This document shows positions 48,917 through 58,686 of a stretch of DNA of 64,000 nt, one piece after another. A program made the position numbers and the translations under genes. The stretch is from positions 28,704 through 92,703 of the forward strand of contig CAYLIB010000002.1 in the NCBI GenBank assembly GCA_964384035.1. Reading direction: 5' to 3'. The notes under the pieces are model-generated. The model was not told the DNA's origin. It searched no databases and worked only from the letters and a program-made list of their open reading frames with translations. This DNA is from an uncultured Candidatus Saccharibacteria bacterium (GTDB lineage Bacteria > Patescibacteriota > Doudnabacteria > UBA920). Numbering within the stretch: position 1 is the first letter of the stretch; each line of letters begins with the position of its first letter.

Positions 48917-48987
48917 TCTCCATGGCTCTTTTTTTGTTAAGATAAACTTAGTTTGAAAACATTATTCTTCATATTAATTTCACATTT

Positions 48988-49893
48988 ATGCAATTAGCAA
49001 TATTCGGTCTAGGTAGGATGGGTTCTCAGATAGCAAAGCGTTTACATCAAAATAAATTTGAAGTTATGGCCTGGAATAGATCTCCTGAGCCAAGGGAAGA
49101 TTTTGAGTCTTTTGGAGGAAAAGCTTTTGCTACTGTTGAAGAAGCAGTAAATGCTATTACGGACGACAAGAGAATTTTCTGGGTAATGCTACCAAACGAT
49201 ACTGTCGAAAGTTTTATCTTCGAAACTCTTATGCCACTACTAAGACCGGGGGATATAGTTATAGACGGTGGAAATTCTTTTTACAAAGATAGTATAAGAA
49301 GAGGTGAGCAGCTCTCTAGTAAAGGAATACTATTTTACGACTGCGGTACAAGCGGGGGAGTATGGGGTCTTGAGCGTGGTTTCGCGCTTATGGTAGGCGG
49401 ACCTAATGAACACTGGACTACTGTTGAACCTATTTTCAAAACGCTTTCCAGTGGAGACAACTACGCATTGCTTGGTAAGAACGGTGCCGGACATTTTGTA
49501 AAAATGGTCCACAACGGAATTGAATACGGAATGATGGAAGCAATAGGTGAGGGCTATGCAGTTATGAAAGCCAGTGATTTTAATTTGAATTTTAAAGACG
49601 TTACTCGTGTTTACCAAAAAGGTTCTGTTATAACTTCATGGTTAATAGATTTAACAAGAAATATTTTTGAAAGCGAAGACATAGAAGCAACTAGCGGAAA
49701 GATAGATTCTACCGGAGAAGGTGAATGGACAATAAATACAGCCAAAGAATTTGGTGTAGATGTAAGGGTTATAGAGGATTCATTTAAGATACGACAAGAG
49801 TCAAAAGACCCAGCTAATCAAAACAAATTTAGTAACAAAATAGTGGCCCTCCTAAGAAAACAATTCGGCGGTCATAAGACCCATGTTAACTAG
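48988..49893 (+). CDS. gnd: 6-phosphogluconate dehydrogenase (decarboxylating, short type)
   Basis: GLGRMG, IDGGNS, GTSGGVWG, GAGHFVKMVHNGIEYG, LRKQFGGH. Confidence 0.95.
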   Translation: MQLAIFGLGRMGSQIAKRLHQNKFEVMAWNRSPEPREDFESFGGKAFATVEEAVNAITDDKRIFWVMLPNDTVESFIFETLMPLLRPGDIVIDGGNSFYKDSIRRGEQLSSKGILFYDCGTSGGVWGLERGFALMVGGPNEHWTTVEPIFKTLSSGDNYALLGKNGAGHFVKMVHNGIEYGMMEAIGEGYAVMKASDFNLNFKDVTRVYQKGSVITSWLIDLTRNIFESEDIEATSGKIDSTGEGEWTINTAKEFGVDVRVIEDSFKIRQESKDPANQNKFSNKIVALLRKQFGGHKTHVN

Positions 49894-50518
49894 CGCCCAA
49901 AAGTCTCTATATAAAAAGTTAAACAAGCCATGGAAGATTCAAGATTTTTTGAACACTCTTCAGATTAATTTCGAGGAGAAGGGTGAAACCCATTATTCGC
50001 CAAGAGAAGTTATAGAAAAAGGTAAGGCGCAATGTATAGAAGGAGCGTGTCTCTCTGCTTCTATTCTTCGTTTTCATGGTTTTGAACCTCTAATTTTGGA
50101 CCTCAGAACAGCGGGGGATGACGTAGATCATGTTGTGGCTGTATATGAGTGGAAAGGCTATTATGGAGCGCTAAGCAAAACTAACCACGCTGTTTTAAGA
50201 TATAGGGATCCGATCTATAAAACCCTCCGCGAGTTGGCTCTTTCGTATTTCCATGAATATTTTATGGATAGCGGAATCAAAACGCTAAGAGAATATTCTA
50301 AGCCATTTAATTTAAGTAGGTACGACAATTTAAATTGGGAAATAACAGAAAAACATCTCTGGCAGATCCCGGAAGACTTAGATAACTCCCCACATTTTAG
50401 TTTAATGAGCAAAGCGCAAGAAAAGCTTCTAAGAACAGCAGACCCTCTTGAGATAGGTGTGGGTAAATTTACTGAGTGGAAATTATTAAAAAATAAAGTT
50501 AAGAAGTCAAAAGTATAA
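49883..50518 (+). CDS. Conserved hypothetical protein, transglutaminase-like Cys-His motif
   Basis: SPREV...AQCIEGA...DHVVAV...GALSKTNH...LRYRDP. Confidence 0.65.
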   Translation: MLTSAQKSLYKKLNKPWKIQDFLNTLQINFEEKGETHYSPREVIEKGKAQCIEGACLSASILRFHGFEPLILDLRTAGDDVDHVVAVYEWKGYYGALSKTNHAVLRYRDPIYKTLRELALSYFHEYFMDSGIKTLREYSKPFNLSRYDNLNWEITEKHLWQIPEDLDNSPHFSLMSKAQEKLLRTADPLEIGVGKFTEWKLLKNKVKKSKV

Positions 50519-50521
50519 TAC

Positions 50522-51712
50522 ATGCAATACCTATTACCACTTACCTTATTTCTTTTGCCAACCTACTTAATCCGGTTTAGTATAGGTGGCTTTAATCTGA
50601 ACCTTTTGATGCTCTGGATTCCTGCGCTTTTTATTTATATTTTCACAATTGCATACAAAGAGGGTGCTATCCGCGGCTTCGTTAGATCATTAAATAAAAC
50701 AGAACTAATTTTTAAGATACCTCTGTTTTTATTTTTTTTGTCCGGAATTATTTCACTACTGGTTGGGGGTTTTACCACAGAAAAGCTAGGACAATTTATA
50801 GTTCTATTTATAGAACCATTTCTCTTATTTCTAATTGCGAGATATTTATTTTTCAGGAACGAGAGTAATTCATTTGTTCTAGAGAAATCAATTTTTATAT
50901 TTTTAGGCCTTACTGGCTTATATGCGGTGTTTCAGTATATAACTCTGTTTGGTCTGCCTCCTGAATATTTAGGTAATTCAATAGAGCCAAAACGCGCATT
51001 ATCATTTTTCGAGTACCCTAATGCGTACGCACTATTTGTTGCTCCCTTATTGGTTTTTACGTTTCCAAAGTTGTTAAGTCTTTTTAAGGGTTTAAGTATA
51101 GATAACATTCAGTTTAGGTTATATCCAATACTTTGCTGGGCACTAGGGGGTATTGGTTTAGGGGTATCTCTTAGTCGTGGTGGGTGGTTGGCATTGTTTA
51201 TCCCGAGCGCTTTATTTGTTTTATTAAAAGCAGATAAAAAAATAAAACAGATTGCCCTTGTAGTATTTCTCGCTTCGATGTTAATTATTTTTTCAATCCC
51301 TGTTCTAAGATACCGAGTAATTTTACCTTTTATGGGCGAAAAGTCTTCGGTCTCAAGGTTGAGTCTTTCTAATACTGCTTTAAAAATGTTAAATGATAGT
51401 CCTATTCTTGGAAAAGGGTTATTGGGCTTTAGTGAAAACTTTGAAAAATATAACACCGACCCAGGTCTTTCTCATTATAAATACCCACACAATTTAATTC
51501 TTGCTTTATGGCTTGAAACAGGAATATTGGGTCTACTGAGTTTCGTTTGGATATTGTTTTTAGTATTTTATAAATCATGGAAAATTAAATCCAAACTTCA
51601 TTATGGTTTAGCTCTATTTATATTCGCCGTATGTATTCACGGTCTAGTGGATATCCCATATTTTAAAAACGATCTTGCCGGGTTATTTTGGTTGTTAATT
51701 GCATTATTATAA
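50522..51712 (+). CDS. O-antigen ligase (Wzy_C) family membrane protein
   Basis: RALSFFEYPN, SLSRGGW, SR...PILGKG, PHNLIL, ETGILG, HGLVD. Confidence 0.85.
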   Translation: MQYLLPLTLFLLPTYLIRFSIGGFNLNLLMLWIPALFIYIFTIAYKEGAIRGFVRSLNKTELIFKIPLFLFFLSGIISLLVGGFTTEKLGQFIVLFIEPFLLFLIARYLFFRNESNSFVLEKSIFIFLGLTGLYAVFQYITLFGLPPEYLGNSIEPKRALSFFEYPNAYALFVAPLLVFTFPKLLSLFKGLSIDNIQFRLYPILCWALGGIGLGVSLSRGGWLALFIPSALFVLLKADKKIKQIALVVFLASMLIIFSIPVLRYRVILPFMGEKSSVSRLSLSNTALKMLNDSPILGKGLLGFSENFEKYNTDPGLSHYKYPHNLILALWLETGILGLLSFVWILFLVFYKSWKIKSKLHYGLALFIFAVCIHGLVDIPYFKNDLAGLFWLLIALL

Positions 51713-51763
51713 AATTAGGTTAAATAAAAAAACACTTTAGTTGATAAGTGTTTTTTTTCTTTT

Positions 51764-53506
51764 TTACTTTTCCGCGGTTTGTTGTCGCCACATAGCAGCA
51801 TATAGTCCACCATTTCCCAGAAGTTCACTATGAGGTCCGGATTCGGCAATTTTACCTTTCTCTAGTACATAAATTCTATCCGCATGAATTATTGTAGAAA
51901 GCCTATGTGCTATTAGAACGACAAGTAAATTTTTATCAGCAAACTTTATACTCTTTATTGTCTCTGTAATCTCTTCCTCTGTAAGAGAGTCAAGACTGCT
52001 AGTGGCTTCATCAAAAATTATTAAGTCAGGTTTTCTTAATAATGCCCGAGCTATAGCGAGTCGTTGTTTTTCGCCACCGCTTAGTTTCAAGCCCCCTTCG
52101 CCAATTTTTGTATTCAAACCTTCACTGCTTCTGTTTAGGATACTTTCAGCCGCAGCCGATTTCATTGAGTTAATCATTTCTTCGTCTGTTGCATTTGGTT
52201 TTACGAACTGTAGATTTTCCCTTATGGTCCCAGAGAAAAGTTGAGTGTCCTGGCTTACAAAGCCTATTCTATTTCTTAAGTGGGCCAAATTCATTTCCCT
52301 CACACTAGTTCCGTTATATAGTACATCACCACCTGTAGTTTTATATAAACCAACTAGAAGCTTAATAATAGTCGTTTTTCCGGCGCCTGATGGTCCTGCA
52401 AAAGCTATTGTCTCACCAGCTTTTGCTGTTATGTTTAAATCCTGTACTGCATTTTTATCCAACCCAGCATAAGCAAAGCTTACATTTTCAAATTTAATTT
52501 CTTGAATGTCAGAAATTTCTACAGGATTCTCTGGTTCTTTTTCTGGTTCGGTTTTCAAAACCTCTTCCACTCTTTCCATACTGGCAGAAGCTTCTTGATA
52601 GCTTGTTGCTACGTTTCCCATTTCATTTAAAGGGTTGAAGACTAAGAAAGAGTAAAACAATAGAGTAAAGAATTCACCGAGTGTAATTATTTGAGTACCT
52701 ACTAAATACAGCATAAGTAACATAATTGCGGAACGAAGGGTATTTATTAGAGTCCCTTGCAGGAAGCTAAGGGTTCTAACCAGTTTTACTTTTTTCAGTT
52801 CAAGTTTAAGAATAGCTTCATTTACACTATTTAGTCTCGAAATTTCCTGCTGTTCCAAACCTAAAGACTTTACAAGTTCTACATTTCTTAATGTCTCAGT
52901 CGTGCTTCCGGCTAGACTTGCTGTCTCTTTGACTATCATTGTTTGTGCTACTTTTATTCTTTTGGAGATAGTAAAAGTCACAAAACCCAATGTGGGAATT
53001 GTAAGTACAAACACTAGTCCGATACTCCAATGAACGTAAAATGCATAACCGATGGCAATTACCACACCAACTACAGATACGAACAATAGGTTCACTGCAT
53101 TTTGTATTAAACCCTGAACATCTGTTCTGGCTTTTTGCAGTTTAGAAAGTAGCTCCCCAGATCTTTGGTCCTCAAATGCGACAAAAGGAAGTTTAAAAGA
53201 ATGATCCACACTTCTCGCGTACATATCCGTACCCACCCTTTGTGTAATTACATTTACAAAATAATCCTGAAAGTTTTTCGCGATTCTGGAAACTAAAGCA
53301 GCGGCCATGGTAAGTAAGAGTAGTGTGAGTGTGCCTTTAACAAATTGACTGGCTGGGATGGTGCCTGCTTTGCTGGCATATTTATCTATAATAATTCTAA
53401 ACACCTGAGGATCCAGTAAAGAGAAGATTTGATTCACCGTTGCTAGGGTGAGAGCAAGAAACAATAATCGCTTGTATTTTTTAACAAATGTCCAAAGTAA
53501 TTTCAT
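51764..53506 (-). CDS. ABC transporter, fused permease/ATPase (exporter)
   Basis: TM domain, Walker A GPSGAGKT, LSGGEKQR, FDEATSSLD, AHRLST. Confidence 0.93.
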   Translation of the reverse strand: MKLLWTFVKKYKRLLFLALTLATVNQIFSLLDPQVFRIIIDKYASKAGTIPASQFVKGTLTLLLLTMAAALVSRIAKNFQDYFVNVITQRVGTDMYARSVDHSFKLPFVAFEDQRSGELLSKLQKARTDVQGLIQNAVNLLFVSVVGVVIAIGYAFYVHWSIGLVFVLTIPTLGFVTFTISKRIKVAQTMIVKETASLAGSTTETLRNVELVKSLGLEQQEISRLNSVNEAILKLELKKVKLVRTLSFLQGTLINTLRSAIMLLMLYLVGTQIITLGEFFTLLFYSFLVFNPLNEMGNVATSYQEASASMERVEEVLKTEPEKEPENPVEISDIQEIKFENVSFAYAGLDKNAVQDLNITAKAGETIAFAGPSGAGKTTIIKLLVGLYKTTGGDVLYNGTSVREMNLAHLRNRIGFVSQDTQLFSGTIRENLQFVKPNATDEEMINSMKSAAAESILNRSSEGLNTKIGEGGLKLSGGEKQRLAIARALLRKPDLIIFDEATSSLDSLTEEEITETIKSIKFADKNLLVVLIAHRLSTIIHADRIYVLEKGKIAESGPHSELLGNGGLYAAMWRQQTAEK

Positions 53507-53532
53507 GGTGTAAAGAATGTTGAATATTTAAT

Positions 53533-54648
53533 CTAAAGAGTATTATATAGTTTTGAATATTTTTCCACTATTTCGCCACTATTATAGGCCTTGGAGGAAA
53601 CTAAGGCTCGTTCGCTCATTTGTTTATACAAATCTTTATCGTCCCGAAGTTTTAATATGTGTTTAGATGCTTGTTTATAATCTCCTAACTTAAACAACAA
53701 GCCATTCCATTTATCTGTAATCTGTTCTGGTATACCAGCTACATTCGTACTTACTACGGGAAGTCCATAGCTCATACATTCCAAAATAGAAAGTCCAAAG
53801 CTTTCGCTTTCCGAAGTAAAAACTCCTAAATTGCACGCTTGGATAACATTAGCAATGTCCTTAACATCTCGTAATACTTTTAACTTATGTTCTACCCGCA
53901 TCTTTTTTGCGAGTTTCCAGTAATCAGAAAAATCTGCACCCGATGCTATTATTAACTTAATTTTCTTCTCTTCTTTCAAAAGTTTCATAATAGAAAGTAG
54001 ATCCGGGATTCTTTTCACTGGCCTAAGATTTGATAGATGAATTAAGAGAAAATCGTTAGCGGGTAATTTTAGATCCCATCGTAGTTTCTGTTTGTCTTTT
54101 TTCGAAGGGGTTGGGTCATAAAAATTATAAATAACTTCAATTTTTTTCTTGGGACAAAGCTTCTCTTTGGTAGTTAGCGCTAACCATTCTGAGACAGCTG
54201 TGACTGCGTCAGATTTTTCTATTGAGTAACGTATTATGGGTTTTAAACTCGGGTCATCCCCAAGTAAAGAAATGTCTGTACCATGAAGGGTAGTCACGAC
54301 TTTAGGAGAACTATGTAAGCAGTTAGCACAAATATCCTTAGCTAAAAGAGCTGCAGTAGCGTGGGGGATGGCATAATGCGCATGAACAATATCCAGGTTG
54401 TATTTATGGTGAATGTCGCTGATCGTTACAGCTAGAGGTAGGGTATAATCCGGATATTTAAAAAGCGAATACTCATTTACCGGTACTTTATGAAAGAATA
54501 CGTTTTTATTGTCTGCTCGTAGTCTGAATGGTTTTTCGTAACTAATAAAGTGAATTTCGTGACCTTTTTGGGCTAGTTTAAGTCCAAGTTCGGTCGCGAT
54601 AATACCGCTTCCACCTATTGTTGGATGACACACAATTGCTATTTTCAT
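53533..54648 (-). CDS. bshA: N-acetyl-alpha-D-glucosaminyl L-malate synthase (GT4)
   Basis: MKIAIVCHPTIGGSGIIATELG, ISYEKPFRL, HAHYAIPHA, TTLHGTDI, SNLRPVKR, ESFGL. Confidence 0.9.
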   Translation of the reverse strand: MKIAIVCHPTIGGSGIIATELGLKLAQKGHEIHFISYEKPFRLRADNKNVFFHKVPVNEYSLFKYPDYTLPLAVTISDIHHKYNLDIVHAHYAIPHATAALLAKDICANCLHSSPKVVTTLHGTDISLLGDDPSLKPIIRYSIEKSDAVTAVSEWLALTTKEKLCPKKKIEVIYNFYDPTPSKKDKQKLRWDLKLPANDFLLIHLSNLRPVKRIPDLLSIMKLLKEEKKIKLIIASGADFSDYWKLAKKMRVEHKLKVLRDVKDIANVIQACNLGVFTSESESFGLSILECMSYGLPVVSTNVAGIPEQITDKWNGLLFKLGDYKQASKHILKLRDDKDLYKQMSERALVSSKAYNSGEIVEKYSKLYNTL

Positions 54649-54713
54649 TCTTTTATTCTATTCCTAATTCGCTCGGTGAACAATCCTTAGTTAAAAATCC
54701 CTGTTTGCTTGAA

Positions 54714-56033
54714 CTAATTAATAATCAAACCCGCTACGGTTTTGTATATGTTTTTTGTTTGTGTATGAAATATAGGCGTTCCATGGGTTAGAACATGATA
54801 GACTGTTGGAATTTTTTCACCATAATAGAACCAAACCGAAGGACCTGCTTTGCTGCTCGGTCCTGAATAAATACTCTCGTTTCTGTTTCTGAGGAATGCG
54901 GCAATTTTTTTGTTGTCTTCAAGATAGGCTTCCTTTGTCCACTTATATATCTTGTATTCATTATAACTAAGACCTGTATAAATAAATGTGACACATGCAA
55001 TACACCAACTAAATAAGACTAATTTTGTTTTTTTGGCAGTTTTAAAAATCTCATAAAGACTCAATCCTATTATGGATGTTAGTAACGGGTAAATAATCGT
55101 TATATAAGAATAACCCTTGGTTTTGCTTAATGAAAAAAATACAAATACGAAAAGAAGATTTAAAAATAAAAAGCGGAACCATCTCTGTTTTAATTTGTAA
55201 ATACAAACCAGTATAGAAATAGAGGTTAAGAGTAACAATATATTGTTCTCCTTAAATATATCTAAATAGAACCAATACCCACCTCCATTATTTTCGAGTA
55301 CCGTAAAACCTCTTTTTATTACATGGTATAAAAAATAGCTATTCCAGAAGGTCTTCCCATACAGTATTGTTTGATGCAAATGCCAAGGTATAATCGTGAA
55401 TAAAAATATAATAATACCGCCCTTAAAGTACTTTTCGCGAAATAGAAACCCCCTCTCATTAATTAGTAAGTCACTAAAAATGAAAACAATAGGGAATAGG
55501 CCTAATACACTTTTTGTCATAAAAGCAAGGCCAGTGGCTAACCAAAATAGATACCAGTACTTTTTGTTGTTTTTTGTTTTAAGATAGGAAAATAAGGCTA
55601 ACGCTATAAAAAAAGTAAGGGTTATATCGATGTCTAGAAAAAAACTATTTAGTATAAATTGGTAGCATATAAAAAAAGCCGAAGCGGAAAGTGCCGCGGG
55701 GCCTTCCTCTTTATGGACCTCCTTTACTAAAAGATAAGTAATAAAAATAGTTCCACCCGCAAATACAGGAATAAAAAACCTAATCCCTAGTTCAGTCGAG
55801 CCAACAGTAATTACAGACAATTGTGTCATCCATATGAACAATGGGGGTTTTTCATGCCAAGGATTGCCAAAGTATTTAAGATCCAAAGGTGAAGCCAGAG
55901 ACTCAATAGCAACCCTGGCATAAATTGCCTCATCGTAATTAAGTAGCGCATGCTCACCTAAGCTTATAAAAGAAATAATGCAAAATATGAAAGAAATAAT
56001 TAGTCCTAATAAGTTATTGTAAAAAAAACGCAT
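54714..56033 (-). CDS. ArnT/PMT-family (GT-C) glycosyltransferase
   Basis: DEAIY, EKPPLFIW, LAFMTK, PWH, multi-TM. Confidence 0.82.
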   Translation of the reverse strand: MRFFYNNLLGLIISFIFCIISFISLGEHALLNYDEAIYARVAIESLASPLDLKYFGNPWHEKPPLFIWMTQLSVITVGSTELGIRFFIPVFAGGTIFITYLLVKEVHKEEGPAALSASAFFICYQFILNSFFLDIDITLTFFIALALFSYLKTKNNKKYWYLFWLATGLAFMTKSVLGLFPIVFIFSDLLINERGFLFREKYFKGGIIIFLFTIIPWHLHQTILYGKTFWNSYFLYHVIKRGFTVLENNGGGYWFYLDIFKENNILLLLTSISILVCIYKLKQRWFRFLFLNLLFVFVFFSLSKTKGYSYITIIYPLLTSIIGLSLYEIFKTAKKTKLVLFSWCIACVTFIYTGLSYNEYKIYKWTKEAYLEDNKKIAAFLRNRNESIYSGPSSKAGPSVWFYYGEKIPTVYHVLTHGTPIFHTQTKNIYKTVAGLIIN

Positions 56034-56081
56034 CTCTGGTAAATTATTTTATTATTTTGAAATTTATCTACGGAGGTAATA

Positions 56082-56747
56082 ATGAACGAGAAAAAGTTAG
56101 CAATGATAGAATTTTTAGGATTCTTCTTCTTATGCGCCTGGTTGCTGTTTAATCAGCCAAGTGCCGGTGGTTTAAATGGTAGGTATGCTTATCTGGTAGT
56201 CTGGTTTGCCCTTACGATAGGGCTAAGGTTGTTAGGCCGATTCTTCAAGATTGAAGCTTATAAGTCTAGCATGCCGGAGAGGGGTTTAACCAAAATAAAA
56301 GAAGGTTGGTTATACTTTTTACCAAGCCTTGCAATCTCTCTCCTTATGATTCTTTTGGCATATTGCTTTGAGACTCTCGACTCCACTCCTCAAATTCCAC
56401 CGCTAGCATACGTCTTCTTGGTAATATTGCAGCAATCGGGAATGATTTACGCTATAAGAAGATTGGCTGTAATGTTCGAACTAAAAACCGCCCTTCTTAT
56501 AGCCCCGTTCCTTTTTGGTGGCTTCCATTGGCCAAATTATTATATGGTTGTTGTTACCTTTATTGGCGGCTTCTGGTTTTCCTGGTTATACTTTCGTTTC
56601 AGAAATTTCTATCTTATCTGTGCTAGTCACTTCGTGCTTGGCTTGGCACTCTCGTGTAGTTTTTACTGGGAGCTCGGCAACATGTTGGTGGGTAATGCTT
56701 ATACCCACAGAGAGAACACCATACTCCATTTAAGACATCTTCGCTAA
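56082..56747 (+). CDS. CPBP/Abi-like intramembrane protein (degenerate protease motif)
   Basis: LFGGFH and SH motifs present; QQ in place of EE; multi-TM; GGAGG RBS. Confidence 0.6.
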   Translation: MNEKKLAMIEFLGFFFLCAWLLFNQPSAGGLNGRYAYLVVWFALTIGLRLLGRFFKIEAYKSSMPERGLTKIKEGWLYFLPSLAISLLMILLAYCFETLDSTPQIPPLAYVFLVILQQSGMIYAIRRLAVMFELKTALLIAPFLFGGFHWPNYYMVVVTFIGGFWFSWLYFRFRNFYLICASHFVLGLALSCSFYWELGNMLVGNAYTHRENTILHLRHLR

Positions 56748-56760
56748 TGTAGCGATTTTT

Positions 56761-57975
56761 TTATACCAATATTTTCCTAATATTTTCTACTCCCCAAGAT
56801 TTTTCAAAATTAACTAAATTTTCATTGAAGATTGGGGAGTTAGTGATCTCAGGATTCGTAGACTTAATTTCCTCCCATAGTTCCTTCATTAAGTCTCTTG
56901 CCTGCACACAAGTTCTTGCAACACCAATTAAGCTTCCCGCTCGAGAAAAGTATTTTGGAACTTTATCCCAAAATTCCTGTTCTGGTTTCTTCATCTGGTT
57001 CTTTACCTGTGGTGGTAAAGTGTCGTGCATCTGACATTTTAATATATAAAAACCTTGTATTAGCGCGACAAGTTCTTTTGTTGCCTGTATGTCTGCTGGG
57101 TGATTGCCAACAATTTCCCAGTGCTTTCCAGATTCATATGATGAATAAACTTTTTGGTTAACGTCGAACCATGCGTTTTTTTCCTGTAAAAAAGACGAAT
57201 GTAGTTCATCCAAATATGCTTGTTGTCTTTGAAGTCTAAAAATATCTAGCGCGGGGTTAAATTCTCGTTTTAATAGTTTTGAGTAAATCTCCGCGTCCTC
57301 AGAGAAAGCATCTATTGTGTTTAATCTATCTTTGCCCTCACCATATAGTGCGGTAACTCTACCATTTCTGTATGCCGACTTCATGGCAATTTTTTTATCT
57401 CTGCCGATTAAATAATCTGAAACAGATCTCATATAATGACGGGCTTCATGAATGGCAGAGGTAGTAGGGTCAACACTATCTCGCTGTCTTTTATCAGGAT
57501 TCGTATCTATGCAGGCCAAACCTAAAAATGCTTCATTGGGATTACTAACGGCATATTTATGAGAAGCTCTACCTTCATCGCTTTTATCATAAGCATAATT
57601 TTTCAAAGCTTCCGGAACGCCTCTTCTGGAGTCGTAAGTAACAATTATTAATCCCGCTACTACTTGTTTATCTAAACATAGTGGATCACTTCCTAATTCA
57701 GAATAAAATTTTGAAACCCTCTCTTTATGTTTATCTCTAAATTCATTTAGAAGTTCACCAAAATTATCTTGATACTCTCTTACAAAAGGGTCTTCTATCT
57801 CTCCTAGATTCGGTTTCTCATATTTCAGTTTTCCTGTTTGGTCGTCTACTCGTAAGTGTCCTGCAAATTCATCCAGCCTTTGTAGATATTCAGCCGATAC
57901 AGAAAACCTCCTGTTAAGTTCCTTATAATCAGGATTTTTTTCTTGTTCACCAGCATTTACAATTCTTTCAGGCAT
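56761..57975 (-). CDS. Hypothetical protein with HExxH motif
   Basis: AIHEARHY with a later YLDE; start abuts the bshB1 stop. Confidence 0.6.
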   Translation of the reverse strand: MPERIVNAGEQEKNPDYKELNRRFSVSAEYLQRLDEFAGHLRVDDQTGKLKYEKPNLGEIEDPFVREYQDNFGELLNEFRDKHKERVSKFYSELGSDPLCLDKQVVAGLIIVTYDSRRGVPEALKNYAYDKSDEGRASHKYAVSNPNEAFLGLACIDTNPDKRQRDSVDPTTSAIHEARHYMRSVSDYLIGRDKKIAMKSAYRNGRVTALYGEGKDRLNTIDAFSEDAEIYSKLLKREFNPALDIFRLQRQQAYLDELHSSFLQEKNAWFDVNQKVYSSYESGKHWEIVGNHPADIQATKELVALIQGFYILKCQMHDTLPPQVKNQMKKPEQEFWDKVPKYFSRAGSLIGVARTCVQARDLMKELWEEIKSTNPEITNSPIFNENLVNFEKSWGVENIRKILV

Positions 57976-58673
57976 TAAAAAGTAGTGAGCGATTTTTCTA
58001 TAACCCCAAGGTTATTTAGAAGTAGGGGGTTTGTTTTGTATAAACCCCATGCATATTCGGTGCCATATGTAAGTCCAAAGTGTCTCGCCATTGCGAGTAG
58101 TAAGTCTGAGTATTTTCTGGTTTGCATCTGGGTTTCGTGAATCGCCATAAGTTTTTTCCAATCCTCAACTTGCTCGGTAATATCTATAAGTATGTCTGGT
58201 CTAGAGTTTAAGTTTGGGGTACTAGGATACATGAACAAATTTTTCACAAAATGCACTGGCTCGTTTTTCATTTCCTCAATTCCTCCGTACCGAGCAAACC
58301 TGCAAGCATCACGACCCATGCGTGCCATAGCAGTGTGGTCTGGGTGTTGGTCTTCAGTAGTTTGTGGTATCAAAATTACATCCGGTTTCGCTTTTCTAAT
58401 TTCCAAAACCAGTTTAAAAGCGTTTTGTCTATTGTATTCAATATGGCAGTCTCCACCAAAGTCAAAAAAGTCTACACTCGCGCCCAACATTTCACCGGCT
58501 TTTCTAGCTTCTGCCTCTCTTTCCTCAGGCGTTCCATTAGTAGCCGCCTCACCCTTAGAAGCAATAACCAATTGTATTTCGGAACCGATTGCTTTTTCTT
58601 TTAATAAAATTGCTCCAACTCCAAATTCTATGTCGTCCGGGTGTGTACCAATTACCAATATTTTTGTGCTCAT
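57975..58673 (-). CDS. bshB1: PIG-L family deacetylase, bacillithiol BshB1-like
   Basis: HPDDIEFG, SKGEAATNGT, RxxEA, DQHPDH, H.TQ; clustered with bshA. Confidence 0.8.
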   Translation of the reverse strand: MSTKILVIGTHPDDIEFGVGAILLKEKAIGSEIQLVIASKGEAATNGTPEEREAEARKAGEMLGASVDFFDFGGDCHIEYNRQNAFKLVLEIRKAKPDVILIPQTTEDQHPDHTAMARMGRDACRFARYGGIEEMKNEPVHFVKNLFMYPSTPNLNSRPDILIDITEQVEDWKKLMAIHETQMQTRKYSDLLLAMARHFGLTYGTEYAWGLYKTNPLLLNNLGVIEKSLTTF

Positions 58674-58686
58674 AATATTTTCAAAA

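Noticed and set aside
50522-51712. Evidence for LPS or an outer membrane from the O-antigen ligase
   Set aside because: Wzy_C-family proteins also act as protein or pilin oligosaccharyltransferases and polymerases in monoderms; no lipid A genes are in the window
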